Below the pieces are notes generated by a model. That model did not search any database. It saw only the letters and a list, made by a program, of their open reading frames with translations, and was not told where the DNA came from. Of a DNA stretch of 64,000 nucleotides, positions 1-9,756 are shown piece by piece. The position numbers and the translations under genes are program-made. Every line of letters starts with the position of its first letter. The first letter of the stretch is position 1. The DNA comes from an uncultured Chloroflexia bacterium (GTDB lineage: Bacteria; Chloroflexota; Anaerolineae; JAAYZQ01). The stretch is taken from the NCBI GenBank assembly GCA_963700285.1, contig CAVOXA010000001.1, forward strand, positions 960,001 through 1,024,000, in the 5' to 3' direction.

Positions 1-218
1 CCATTTCCACCGAAATCGATACACTACCGTAGCGATGGTGATGATCGGGCGCTGCGGCGCGAGTCGCAACCGCTCCCAGCGCGCAAGCTGAGCTGCGACA
101 GGCAGTTCTGTAGCGAAAGGGGTGATGGTATCGACATAATGATCCATGAGCTGCAGTATCTTTGGTCGATGTATGGTCTGTCACAAGACAGGCCATACCC
201 CCAAGAAGGAGGAAGCAG

Positions 219-305
219 ATGGTACGCGTAGGTTTGGCAATCACTCTAGTCTTGGTGGTATCCCTGGTGCTCGCTGCCTGTGGCAGAATACTTTGCGCAA
301 CCTGA
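219..305 (+). pseudogene. Remnant of an ABC substrate-binding lipoprotein gene (signal peptide only)
   Basis: AAGGAGG RBS, then ATG219: MVRVGLAITLVLVVSLVLAAC-GRILCAT*. Hydrophobic signal with LAAC lipobox, followed almost at once by a stop. Confidence 0.7.
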
Positions 306-1114
306 GAAAAAACCTGTTGGCCATTGTTGGCTTTGGCCTCCTGGCCACGGTGGTTTTCCTGGGCGTTTTTGCCCCGTGGGTGGCGCCCCACGACCCTTTG
401 GAGATAAAACTTGAGAACAAGCTGCAGCCTCCCAGCAGGGAATACCTGCTCGGCACCGATGACATGGGCCGGGATCTGCTGTCGCGCTCCATCTATGGCT
501 TCCGGATCTCGCTTCGCTCCGCGGTCATCGTGCTGCTCGTCGCTTGCGTCATTGGTATCATTTTGGGTGGGTCCGCGGGCTATCTGGGTGGCAAGACTGA
601 CAACCTGCTGATGCGCCTGACCGACATGTTCCTGGCCTTCCCTGGCTACATCCTCGCCCTGGCCATTGCCGGAGCCCTGGGACCAAGCCTCCTGAACGCC
701 GTCGTCGCCGTGGCCCTGGTTTGGTGGCCCTGGTACGCCCGATTGGTGCGAGGTCAAGTACTTGCCGTAAGGCAGAACCTGTATATTGAAGCGGCGAAAG
801 GCATTGGCACTCCACACTGGCGCATCATGACCCGCCACATCCTGCCCAATGCTTTGACCCCGCTCTTGGTTCTGATAACTATGGATATCGGCATCGTCAT
901 CTTGGTGCTGGCCAACCTCAGCTTTCTTGGCTTGGGCGCCCAGCCGCCCGAACCGGAACTGGGCTACATGATCGCCAGGGGCCGTCTCTACTTTATGAAC
1001 CAATGGTGGGTGGCCACCGTTCCAGGGCTGGCTATCTTTGTCATGGCCCTTGACACGAATCTGGTCGGTGACGCGTGGCGGGATATCCTCGATCCCAAGA
1101 CGCAGAGCCGGTAG
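278..1114 (+). CDS. dppC: Peptide/nickel ABC transporter permease (DppC/OppC family); native start apparently lost
   Basis: LGTDDMGRD, EAA loop (YIEAAKGIG...RHILPN), LSFLGLG, NLVGDAWRDILDP. Confidence 0.9.
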   Translation: MWQNTLRNLRKNLLAIVGFGLLATVVFLGVFAPWVAPHDPLEIKLENKLQPPSREYLLGTDDMGRDLLSRSIYGFRISLRSAVIVLLVACVIGIILGGSAGYLGGKTDNLLMRLTDMFLAFPGYILALAIAGALGPSLLNAVVAVALVWWPWYARLVRGQVLAVRQNLYIEAAKGIGTPHWRIMTRHILPNALTPLLVLITMDIGIVILVLANLSFLGLGAQPPEPELGYMIARGRLYFMNQWWVATVPGLAIFVMALDTNLVGDAWRDILDPKTQSR

Positions 1115-1142
1115 GCCACAACACACTGGAGAGGGAGGAAAA

Positions 1143-2162
1143 ATGTCGACAAACGTCAATACTGCCGTAATCGGTCTGGGGATGTTTGGCGCCCTGCAGG
1201 CGCAGGTCTATGCCGAAAGCCCCTTGGCCAAACTGCAAGCGGTGGTCAGCCGCAGTTCCGAACGGGCGCGTGAGATTGGCGAGCGCTTTGGCGCCCGCTG
1301 GTACACCGACTACCGTGACATGTTGGAAAGAGAAGGGGATGTCCAGGCCGTCTCTATCGCCACCCGCGACGCGGAGCACAAAGAGTCGACGATCGCCTGC
1401 GCCCAGGCCGGGAAGGACATCTTTCTGGAAAAGCCGATGGCGCCCTCGTTGGAAGAGGCCGACGCGATGATCGCCGCCGTAGAAAAAGCCGGCGTGCGGA
1501 TGATGGTTGACTTTACGCTGCACTTTGACCCCACCTACCTGGCTGCCTACGAGCGCATCCAGGCCGGGGAAATTGGCGACGTGCTGACCATGTTCGCCCG
1601 GCGAAACGGAACGCAGTCGGCCGGTTACCCCGGACAGCCTGTGCCCTACTCGGAATGGACAGACATTCTCATCTCCACCGGCATCCATGAGCTGGAGCTC
1701 ATGACCTGGTACGCGGACGCGCCGGTGGTGCGGGTCTATGGCGAGTCAGTGAACCTGGCGGACCGCAGCGCAGTCGGGGACGATGGCTACATGGCCCTGC
1801 TGCGGTTCGAGAGTGGCGCCATCGGCAGCCTGGAATCCACAGCACTGCTGCCGGTCACCGAACCAGCCGGGATCAGCTCTCGCTTCGACATCGTCGGCAG
1901 TCGGGGCTGTATCTATATCGAGCACATCAACAGTACCCTCTTCATCTGCAACGAGGAGCGGTGCTACCATCCCGATATCACGCTGTGGCCGGTACTGAGC
2001 GGACAGGCAAAGGGCACACTGCGCGAGTCGATGCGCCATTTCTTGACCTGTCTCTTGGAGGACAAGGAGCCCAGTGTAGGTGCGGTGGAGGGCCGCCTGG
2101 CTCTGCAGTTGGTCCTGGCCATTCAGGAATCGTGCCGGAGGGGAACGCCGGTTGATTTGTAG
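1143..2162 (+). CDS. Gfo/Idh/MocA family oxidoreductase
   Basis: GLGMFG Rossmann motif, LEKP motif; GGAGGG RBS before ATG1143. Confidence 0.9.
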   Translation: MSTNVNTAVIGLGMFGALQAQVYAESPLAKLQAVVSRSSERAREIGERFGARWYTDYRDMLEREGDVQAVSIATRDAEHKESTIACAQAGKDIFLEKPMAPSLEEADAMIAAVEKAGVRMMVDFTLHFDPTYLAAYERIQAGEIGDVLTMFARRNGTQSAGYPGQPVPYSEWTDILISTGIHELELMTWYADAPVVRVYGESVNLADRSAVGDDGYMALLRFESGAIGSLESTALLPVTEPAGISSRFDIVGSRGCIYIEHINSTLFICNEERCYHPDITLWPVLSGQAKGTLRESMRHFLTCLLEDKEPSVGAVEGRLALQLVLAIQESCRRGTPVDL

Positions 2163-2194
2163 CGTGCCGCAGAACGCGAGTCAGAGGTGAATCC

Positions 2195-3466
2195 ATGACC
2201 TGTCAGAAAAGAGAAGATGTCCTGCTGGCCTATCTGGACGCTCACGAACAGGAGATCATTGACTTTACCGGGGAACTTGTGGCAACATCCAGCGCCAATC
2301 CTCCGGGCAACGAACTGGAGGTGGCCGAGGTTGCCTTGTCCCGAATGGGCGATCTGGGACTAACGGGGGCAGAGGTGCTGGCCCGGGAGCCAGAGCGCCC
2401 CAACGTCGTCTATCGCCAAGCGGGGCAGAGTGGGTCACCGTGCTTGCTCCTCAACGGCCATCTGGACACCAAACCGGTGGGCGAGGCAGACCGCAAACTC
2501 TGGAACAGTGATCCCCTGGTGCCAACCATCATCGATGGCAAGCTCTTCGGGCTGGGATCGGCGGATATGAAAGGCGGCATCGCTGCTATCATCTATGCCG
2601 CCGCTGCACTGAATTCTCTGGAAGATGCTCCTGCCGGCGATCTGCTCCTCATCTTCACAGCCAACGAGGAGGCGCCAGGGGAGTATGGAGCCAACTGGGT
2701 GGTCAAGAATCACGAAATCCAGGCCGATTTCTGTCTGGTGGCGGACACGGCAGGCATCCGCAAAGACTTTGACATCCTGCACGTCACCGCCCGGAATACG
2801 GTGATCTTCAAGATCAAGGTCCATGGCACTCAGATGCACAGCAGCATGTCCGACCAGTTCGGGGCGGTGAACGCCAGCGTCAAGATGGGCTGGGTCCTGT
2901 GGCGGATGGCCAGGGACCTGAAGTTGCGCTTTGAACCCCACCCCTACTACCCCCAAGGCCCAACCATCAACCTTGGCGATCTGGTCCGCGGCGGGGTGGC
3001 CTATGGCACCTTCTGCGGCTATGCCGAGTTTGGCAGTGACATCCGTTTCCATCCAGGTATGACCCGCGAGCAGATCGTGGAGGATATCGAGGGTCTTTTG
3101 GCTGGTCTGCGACAGGAAGACCCGGACCTGCAGGTGGAATTGGAGGTGGCGGACACGGGCGAGGAGGTAGACTGGCAGTGGCTGCGGGGAGACGAACCCT
3201 TTGTGGACATCTTGCAGTCGGCCAGCGAGCGTGTGCTCGGCCGAAGGCCGCCGCTCGGGGGCTTCCCGGCCTTTACCGATGCCTTCTGGTTCCACTCCTA
3301 CGCCGGCATCCCGGCCATCCCGGCCTACGGGCCGGGCCTGCTGCCCCTGGCCCACGGTCCGAACGAGTATGTGTCCACCGAGGCTGTCGTCCAGGCCAGC
3401 AAGATCTATGCCTTGGCCGCACTGGAATACCTCGAAGCATCACCGAGCGCGGAGGGTAGTGGATGA
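2195..3466 (+). CDS. M20 family metallopeptidase/deacylase (ArgE/DapE-like)
   Basis: NGHLD, GSADMKGG, NEE, AHGPNE metal-binding motifs. Confidence 0.9.
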   Translation: MTCQKREDVLLAYLDAHEQEIIDFTGELVATSSANPPGNELEVAEVALSRMGDLGLTGAEVLAREPERPNVVYRQAGQSGSPCLLLNGHLDTKPVGEADRKLWNSDPLVPTIIDGKLFGLGSADMKGGIAAIIYAAAALNSLEDAPAGDLLLIFTANEEAPGEYGANWVVKNHEIQADFCLVADTAGIRKDFDILHVTARNTVIFKIKVHGTQMHSSMSDQFGAVNASVKMGWVLWRMARDLKLRFEPHPYYPQGPTINLGDLVRGGVAYGTFCGYAEFGSDIRFHPGMTREQIVEDIEGLLAGLRQEDPDLQVELEVADTGEEVDWQWLRGDEPFVDILQSASERVLGRRPPLGGFPAFTDAFWFHSYAGIPAIPAYGPGLLPLAHGPNEYVSTEAVVQASKIYALAALEYLEASPSAEGSG

Positions 3467-4233
3467 TCCTGCAGGGAAAGGTAGCGATCGTAACCGGCTC
3501 CACGCAGGGCATCGGACAGGGCATCGCCCGGCGCTTTGCGACCGAGGGCGCGGACGTGGTCGTCGTCGGCAGAAACGAAAAGAATGGGTTTGCCGTCGTG
3601 GATGAGCTCCGCGACCTGGGCGCCAGAGCGTTCTGTGTCAAGACTGACATATCCCGTGCTGAGGATGTCGAGCGCATGGTCGAGCGCACACTGGATGCAT
3701 TTGGCCAGATCGACATCCTGGTGAACAACGCCGGCGGCAGCACGGTGGGCAGGGGAATACCGTTCTTTGAGCTGGCGATAGAGGACTGGCAGTACACCAT
3801 CGACGTCAACTTGACCGGACCCTTTCTGTGCGCGCGGGCGGCTGCCCGGAACATGGTCGAGCGGCAGCAGGGCACGATCATCAACGTCGCCTCTGTCTTT
3901 AGCTATGCCACGGCAACGGGCAACGCCTCCTACACGGCCGCCAAGGGAGGTGTCGTACAGCTGACGAAAGCCATGGCTGCCGATCTGGCGCCCCACCAGG
4001 TCCGCGTGAATTGCATCGCGCCGGGCGCCATCGTTTTCAAAGAGGGTTATCCAGTCCGGGGCACCTCGATGGGCGATTATCTCCTGGTCGAGCGCTGGGG
4101 GACCGCGCAGGACATTGCCGCCGCGGTACTGTTTCTGGCATCGGAAGAATCCAGCTACATTGATGGCCAGACCATCACCGTCGACGGCGGCCTGCTAGCG
4201 CTGATGCCCGGCAAACCGTTGGGGCAGCTGTAA
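3463..4233 (+). CDS. SDR family oxidoreductase
   Basis: TGSTQGIG, NNAG, YTAAK, VDGG. Confidence 0.95.
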   Translation: MILQGKVAIVTGSTQGIGQGIARRFATEGADVVVVGRNEKNGFAVVDELRDLGARAFCVKTDISRAEDVERMVERTLDAFGQIDILVNNAGGSTVGRGIPFFELAIEDWQYTIDVNLTGPFLCARAAARNMVERQQGTIINVASVFSYATATGNASYTAAKGGVVQLTKAMAADLAPHQVRVNCIAPGAIVFKEGYPVRGTSMGDYLLVERWGTAQDIAAAVLFLASEESSYIDGQTITVDGGLLALMPGKPLGQL

Positions 4234-4235
4234 GG

Positions 4236-4465
4236 CTTGGACGGCGCTACGGAAGCGGAGTATCCATGGATTGGGCAGAACGCAGGAACAGGTCTATATC
4301 GGAAAGGCGATTGCGGCGCTTGTGGACCATATCTCTGAGGGCAGGATAGCCTCGAAGGAGACTGTGGTCTTTGTGCGTACGGGCGGTTTTCCTGCCCTGT
4401 TTGCCTACGGGCACGAACTCTGCGATGCCTTGGATCTGGCAGTACGATTGAAGACGGATCTATAA
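4236..4465 (+). pseudogene. C-terminal remnant of a D-cysteine desulfhydrase/ACC deaminase family gene
   Basis: VYIGKAIAALVD...ETVVFVRTGGFPALFAY resembles the family C-terminus (VYTGKA..GL...VFLHTGG.PALFAY); most of the protein is missing. Confidence 0.7.
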
Positions 4466-4534
4466 CAGGGCCAAGCTGTCACGATTCATCAACGCCAGAG
4501 GCGCCTTGCTGGAGTGTAGTCCGCCCTGGCGAAA

Positions 4535-5731
4535 ATGGGAGGCACGAAAGTGTACGATCTCGTTCTAAAAGGTGGAAAGGTGGTCGATCCTGCCCAGGAG
4601 ATCCACGAGAACCTGGACGTAGCTATCCAAGACGGCGCCATCGCGGCCTTGCAGCCTGATATCGCTGCCGACCAGGCCCGTGAGGTATTGGACGTAAGCG
4701 GCAAAGTAGTGACCCCTGGCATCGTAGATCTGCATACCCACGTCTACTGGGGCGGCACCGGCCTGGGCGTACTGCCAGATCGGGTTTCCAGCGAGAGTGG
4801 CGTCACCACGTTTGTGGATGTGGGCAGCGCCGGCGCCGGCAATTTTCTGGGGTTCAAGGAGCACGTCATCGAGCGCTCCCGGGCTCGGATCTATGCCTTC
4901 CTACATATCGCCTATCCGGGTCTCACGGCCGCGGTCTATGCTCCCGAGAGTTTTGCCATCGTAGGCGAGACCTTTGACCTCCGCCAAGCGATGCTTCTGC
5001 CCGCCATTGAGGTGGGTCAGGCATTTCCCGATCTCATCCGGGGCATCAAGGTCCGGCTGAGCGTCGAATCCAGCGGGGACCAGGGCCTGAAGCCGCTCCG
5101 GCTGGCGTTGCAGGTCGCAGAGGTTCTGGGGTTGCCGGTCATGGCCCACGTGGGCGTGCCCCCACCCTCCATGACCGAGGTTCTGGGCCTGCTGCGCGAG
5201 GGCGACATCCTGACCCACGTGTTCCGGGGAGAGCCCAACAGCGCACTGGATCGCAAGGGTAAGATCCGCCCCGAACTGGTAGAGGCCCGGGCCCGGGGCG
5301 TCATCATGGACGTGGGTCACGGGGGCGGCAGCTTTGCCTGGTCTGTGGCCGAGAGAGCGCTTGTACAGGGTTTTCTGCCGGATGTCATCAGCAGCGACAT
5401 CCACCGCGGACTCAAGGTCAAGACAACTCGTTGGTCTGGGATGCCGGCCCAGAACCAACCGACCACCATGTCCAAGTTTCTGAGCCTGGGCCTGAGCCTG
5501 GACGACGTTGTCCGGGCCTCAACGGTGAACCCAGCACGCGTGATCGGCTGCGAAGACCAGATCGGCAGCTTGTGTGAGGGGGCTGCCGCTGACCTTGCTG
5601 TGTTCCAGGTCGAGGACGGCGAATTCGAGTATTCCGACTACTATGACGGCATAACGATCGGGAACAAGAGGCTCTTGCCGCTCTTGACGCTCATAGGGGG
5701 CGAGGTACTGCCTCGGGAGGGGACGGCGTGA
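4535..5731 (+). CDS. Amidohydrolase/deacetylase (dihydroorotase-like metallohydrolase)
   Basis: PGIVDLHTH, GVTTFVD.GSAG, GIKVR, DVGHG, ISSDIH. Confidence 0.9.
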   Translation: MGGTKVYDLVLKGGKVVDPAQEIHENLDVAIQDGAIAALQPDIAADQAREVLDVSGKVVTPGIVDLHTHVYWGGTGLGVLPDRVSSESGVTTFVDVGSAGAGNFLGFKEHVIERSRARIYAFLHIAYPGLTAAVYAPESFAIVGETFDLRQAMLLPAIEVGQAFPDLIRGIKVRLSVESSGDQGLKPLRLALQVAEVLGLPVMAHVGVPPPSMTEVLGLLREGDILTHVFRGEPNSALDRKGKIRPELVEARARGVIMDVGHGGGSFAWSVAERALVQGFLPDVISSDIHRGLKVKTTRWSGMPAQNQPTTMSKFLSLGLSLDDVVRASTVNPARVIGCEDQIGSLCEGAAADLAVFQVEDGEFEYSDYYDGITIGNKRLLPLLTLIGGEVLPREGTA

Positions 5732-6474
5732 GGCTAGCAGAGAGAGTGTACCTGGTGGGCAGCGGCGACTTTGGTGTGAGCCTGACGGATGCCTTTGACT
5801 GCCACGTGTATCTGTTGGACGGCGGCAGCGAATCCGCCCTCATCGACGCCGGAGGTGGCTGCAACAGTCGTGCCATACTGGACTGTGTCGAGGCTGATGG
5901 GATTCCTCTGGACCGGATCCGCTATCTGATTCTGACGCACGGGCACGGCGACCACGCGGCAGGAGCGGCCAAGCTCCGGGACAGCCTGAATCTTGAGGTC
6001 CTGGCAGCGCGAGACATTGCCGATTCGCTGCGGCAGGGGGATACGGGTGCCGATGGCATTGCCCTGGATCAGGCCAAGGAGGCAGGGCTCTACCCACCCG
6101 ATTTTGCTTTCCCGGCCTGTCCCGTGGATGGCGAACTCGAGGGCGGAGACCGGATCCAGGTCGGAGACTGCGATCTCCAGGTGGTAGGAACTCCCGGTCA
6201 CGCCCTCGGGCATCTTTCCTACCTAACTGAGGCCGGGGGCAAGCAGGTCTTTTTTGGTGGAGATGCGGTGTTCTTTGGGGGACGCATTGCCCTGTTGAAC
6301 TTGCCTGATTGTGATCTGCAGGCCTATGTGCACACCATCGAGAGGTTGTCGCGGCTCTCCGTGGATCTGTTTTTGCCCGGGCATGAGTGCTTCTCCCTGG
6401 CCAACGGGCAACGACATCTGGACGCAGCCGCAGAAGCGTTGAAGGCTTTGGTCTTACCGCCGAATCTGTTATAG
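5728..6474 (+). CDS. MBL-fold metallohydrolase
   Basis: THGHGDH, TPGH, GD, PGH; GTG start overlaps the upstream stop. Confidence 0.9.
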   Translation: MRLAERVYLVGSGDFGVSLTDAFDCHVYLLDGGSESALIDAGGGCNSRAILDCVEADGIPLDRIRYLILTHGHGDHAAGAAKLRDSLNLEVLAARDIADSLRQGDTGADGIALDQAKEAGLYPPDFAFPACPVDGELEGGDRIQVGDCDLQVVGTPGHALGHLSYLTEAGGKQVFFGGDAVFFGGRIALLNLPDCDLQAYVHTIERLSRLSVDLFLPGHECFSLANGQRHLDAAAEALKALVLPPNLL

Positions 6475-6571
6475 GCTTGGACTGCCCATTGCCGGAGATA
6501 GTCTGCGCTCAGCGAGGAATAGGGCCCTGGCCCAGCTCACTGTATTCTGAACACAGGAGGCTACAATCAGA

Positions 6572-8479
6572 ATGGAAGCCCTTCTCAGTCCGATCAAGCT
6601 CGGTAGGGTTGTGGTGCCAAATCGGGTTGCCCTTGCCCCCATGGGCTTGGGCTTTGAGACCGCCGATGAAACCTGGCCGGAGAGATACTTTTCCTTTATC
6701 GAAGAACGGTGTCGCGGTGAGACAGGGCTCATCCTTACCCACTTTGCCAATGCGACTCCTCTGGCGACGGCACCCATCGTCGGCAGCTACGACGACCGTT
6801 TCATCGAGACACACAGACGGCTGGTCGAGGTGGTACACCGCTACGATTCCAAGGTTTTTCTCCAGATCGCGGCCATGGGTGGCAAGGGCGGCGATGCGGC
6901 CCCGTCGGCCATCGAGAGCCCCAACTACCTGGAGGTGCCCCGCGAGCTCACCGTCGAGGAGATCCAGACCATCGTCCGGCACTTTGCCCAGGCCGCGGCC
7001 CGAGCCCGACAAGCGGGATGCGACGGGGTCGAACTCCACGGCGGGCATACCTATCTCGTGGGCGCCTTTATCTCACCCCATACCAACCGGCGGGATGATG
7101 CATATGGCGGCGATTTCGAGCGCCGCATGCGCTTTCCGGTAGAGATCGTGCGGGCTATCAAGCAGGAGGCTGGGGAGGATTTTCCCATCGGTTTCAAGTT
7201 CAGTGCCTGGGAGGAGCTGGACGGCGGTGTGACTCCAGAGTTGGCCGTGCCCATCGCCCAGCGGATGGCTGAGGAAGGGGTATGCTACCTCCACGTCTCC
7301 GCCACCTCCGCGACGATAGGGGTCACCTCCAGGTACCCGTCACTGCCCACGATCTATGCGCCGCGCAATACCCTGCTGCCCCTGGTCAAAAGGGTGAAGG
7401 AGGCCGTCAAGGACGTGCCCGTGCTGGCAGCAGGAGCCATCGACGAACCAGCCGAAGCAGAGCAAATGATCGCTAGCGGGCAGTGCGACATGGTCGTCCT
7501 GGGCCGAGGTCTGTTGGCCGACCCCCACTGGGCTCGCAAGGTCCGGCTGGGACAGCGCGTCCGGCCCTGCATCCGCTGCAACGTATGCTATCAGCAGCTC
7601 TGGACGCCACACGCTTCTGTGGTTTGCACAGTGAATCCTTATCTCACCTTGGAGGTTCAGGAACCCCTACCGCCTGCCCCCAGAAAGAAGCGGCTGATGG
7701 TTGCTGGGGGTGGGCCAGGAGGCATCGTTGCCGCCCTGACTGCTGCCCAACGGGGCCACGCGGTGACGCTTTACGAGAAGGAGGACCGCCTGGGAGGGGA
7801 GCTGATCCCGGGTGGCAGACCCACCTTCAAGGCAGAGATCAGCCGGCTGCTCCAGTACTGGTGCAATGAGCTGGCTGACTCTGAAGTTGAGGTCAAACTG
7901 AATGCTGAGGCCACGCCCGAGCTGGTTCGCCAGGAAGAGCCCGATGCCCTGTTCGTGGCCATAGGCGCTGCTCCTGTGATGCCGCCCATCCCCGGCATCG
8001 ATGGTCCCAACGTCATGACGGCCATTGAGGCCTTCCTGAATCCTGACAGAGTCAAGGGCAGAAACGTCGTCGTGCTGGGCGGTGGCGACGTCGGGTGCGA
8101 GTGCGCACTGTTCTTGGCCCAGCACGATTGCCGTGTCACGATCGTGGAGATGATGGAAGGGTTGCTGCAGCTGGAGGAGGTACATAGTGTGCGGGTGGAT
8201 CTGCTCAAGATGATCGGTGATGCCGGCATCAAGGTTTGCACCGACGCTCGGGCCATCGCCATCGACGATGCGCGCGTGGTGGCGCAGTGCGGTCCGGAGG
8301 CCATGCGCATCTTGGAAACAGATTTTGTGGTAGTATCCGTGGGCATGCAGCCGCGCTCGCAGATGGCCCACCAACTGGCCGGTGAGTGCGCGGACGTGCG
8401 GATCATGGGCGACTGCCGGGAGCCAAGAAGGATCCGTGACGCGGTTGTTGAGGGCGACCTGGCGGGCAGGCTGATCTAG
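6572..8479 (+). CDS. NADH:flavin oxidoreductase (OYE/2,4-dienoyl-CoA reductase-like, with Fe-S and FAD domains)
   Basis: ELHGGHTYL, NRRDDAYGG, CIRCNVC...CTVNP, GGGPGG and GGGDVG dinucleotide motifs. Confidence 0.92.
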   Translation: MEALLSPIKLGRVVVPNRVALAPMGLGFETADETWPERYFSFIEERCRGETGLILTHFANATPLATAPIVGSYDDRFIETHRRLVEVVHRYDSKVFLQIAAMGGKGGDAAPSAIESPNYLEVPRELTVEEIQTIVRHFAQAAARARQAGCDGVELHGGHTYLVGAFISPHTNRRDDAYGGDFERRMRFPVEIVRAIKQEAGEDFPIGFKFSAWEELDGGVTPELAVPIAQRMAEEGVCYLHVSATSATIGVTSRYPSLPTIYAPRNTLLPLVKRVKEAVKDVPVLAAGAIDEPAEAEQMIASGQCDMVVLGRGLLADPHWARKVRLGQRVRPCIRCNVCYQQLWTPHASVVCTVNPYLTLEVQEPLPPAPRKKRLMVAGGGPGGIVAALTAAQRGHAVTLYEKEDRLGGELIPGGRPTFKAEISRLLQYWCNELADSEVEVKLNAEATPELVRQEEPDALFVAIGAAPVMPPIPGIDGPNVMTAIEAFLNPDRVKGRNVVVLGGGDVGCECALFLAQHDCRVTIVEMMEGLLQLEEVHSVRVDLLKMIGDAGIKVCTDARAIAIDDARVVAQCGPEAMRILETDFVVVSVGMQPRSQMAHQLAGECADVRIMGDCREPRRIRDAVVEGDLAGRLI

Positions 8480-8538
8480 CCCACTGACGTCGCGAGCAGC
8501 CACAGCAGTTCTTGGACCAAGACAGCAAGGAGGCAACA

Positions 8539-9756
8539 ATGTCACCAATCGACGCGCTGGCACCGGGCAATCTCGAGATCTCACGGCGGGCGCAGGCGGT
8601 ACCCTGGTCGGGTATCCGGCACATGTTCGAGCTGGCGGCCAAGGTACCGGATGCCATCAGTCTCTCAGTTGGCCAGCCTGACTTTGACACGCCGGAACAC
8701 ATCGTTGACGCGGGCCAGAAGGCTCTGGCTGAGGGCTACACCCGCTATGCCCCTGCCCTAGGCCTGGCAGAGCTGCGGGAAGCCATCGCCGGCAAGGTCT
8801 GGCGGGATAACGGCATCGACATCGACCCCAAGAAGGGGGCGATCGTCACTGCCGGGGCCGTAGAGGGCCTGCTCCTGATCCTCATGGCCGTCCTGGATCC
8901 AGGCGCTGAGGTGATCTTGCCCGATCCCGGCTACACCAATTTTGAGGGGATCGTCCGCGTCATCAATGGCATGCCAGTGCGCGTGCCCGTCTACGAGGAG
9001 AACGGTTTCCGGCTGGAAGCCGTGGAGGTGGAGAAGGCCATCAGCGAGCGGACGCGGGTGATGATCGTCAACTCACCGGCCAACCCAACCGGCGCCGTGC
9101 TGCATCGGGCTGACCTGGAATCGTTGGCCGAGCTGGCGCTGCGCCACAATCTGTTGCTCATCTCGGACGAGGCCTACGAAGCCTTTCTTTATGATGATCT
9201 GGAGCACACCAGCATTGGATCTTTCCCCGGTGTGAAGGAACATGTGGCGTCGGTCTATACTCTGTCCAAGACCTATGCGATGACCGGCTGGCGCATCGCC
9301 TACGTGGTGGGCCCGCAGTGGCTGATCAATCAGATGCACAAGATGCAGGAAGACGTGGTATCGTGTGTGACGACCTTTGTGCAGCACGCCGCTGTTGCCG
9401 CCCTGGAGGGTCCCCAAGATTGCGTGCACCGCATGGTGGCTGAGTTTGACCGGCGGCGCAAGTTCATGGTTGAGGCTATCAACGAGATCGAAGGCATCCG
9501 CTGCCTAGAGCCCCAGGGGGCCTTCTACCTCTTCCCGAACATCTCTGCACTGGGGCGTTCCTCTTCTGATGTTGCGGTGTCCCTGCTGGAGACGAGCAAG
9601 GTTGTATGTGTGCCTGGGACCGCCTTTGGACCCCGGGGTGAAGGTTACCTGCGCATCTCCTACGGTGCTTCCATGGACGACCTGGAAGAGGGTGTCCGGC
9701 GCATCAGGGACGGAGTGAGACAGATTCAGTCGCTGGGTGCCACCGGGGGATCCTGA
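8539..9756 (+). CDS. PLP-dependent aminotransferase class I/II
   Basis: GQPDF, NSPANPTG, DEAY, SKTYAMTGWR; AAGGAGG RBS. Confidence 0.95.
   Translation: MSPIDALAPGNLEISRRAQAVPWSGIRHMFELAAKVPDAISLSVGQPDFDTPEHIVDAGQKALAEGYTRYAPALGLAELREAIAGKVWRDNGIDIDPKKGAIVTAGAVEGLLLILMAVLDPGAEVILPDPGYTNFEGIVRVINGMPVRVPVYEENGFRLEAVEVEKAISERTRVMIVNSPANPTGAVLHRADLESLAELALRHNLLLISDEAYEAFLYDDLEHTSIGSFPGVKEHVASVYTLSKTYAMTGWRIAYVVGPQWLINQMHKMQEDVVSCVTTFVQHAAVAALEGPQDCVHRMVAEFDRRRKFMVEAINEIEGIRCLEPQGAFYLFPNISALGRSSSDVAVSLLETSKVVCVPGTAFGPRGEGYLRISYGASMDDLEEGVRRIRDGVRQIQSLGATGGS

Noticed and set aside
10-140. LacI-like operator half-sites (GAAATCGATAC at ~12, GGTATCGAC at ~127) upstream of the island
   Set aside because: The matches are short and imperfect and no regulator gene is visible, so they cannot be supported from the sequence alone.
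146-277. ORF-track N-terminus of the permease starting at 146
   Set aside because: It has no RBS and no DppC-like sequence. The real RBS belongs to the out-of-frame signal peptide starting at 219.
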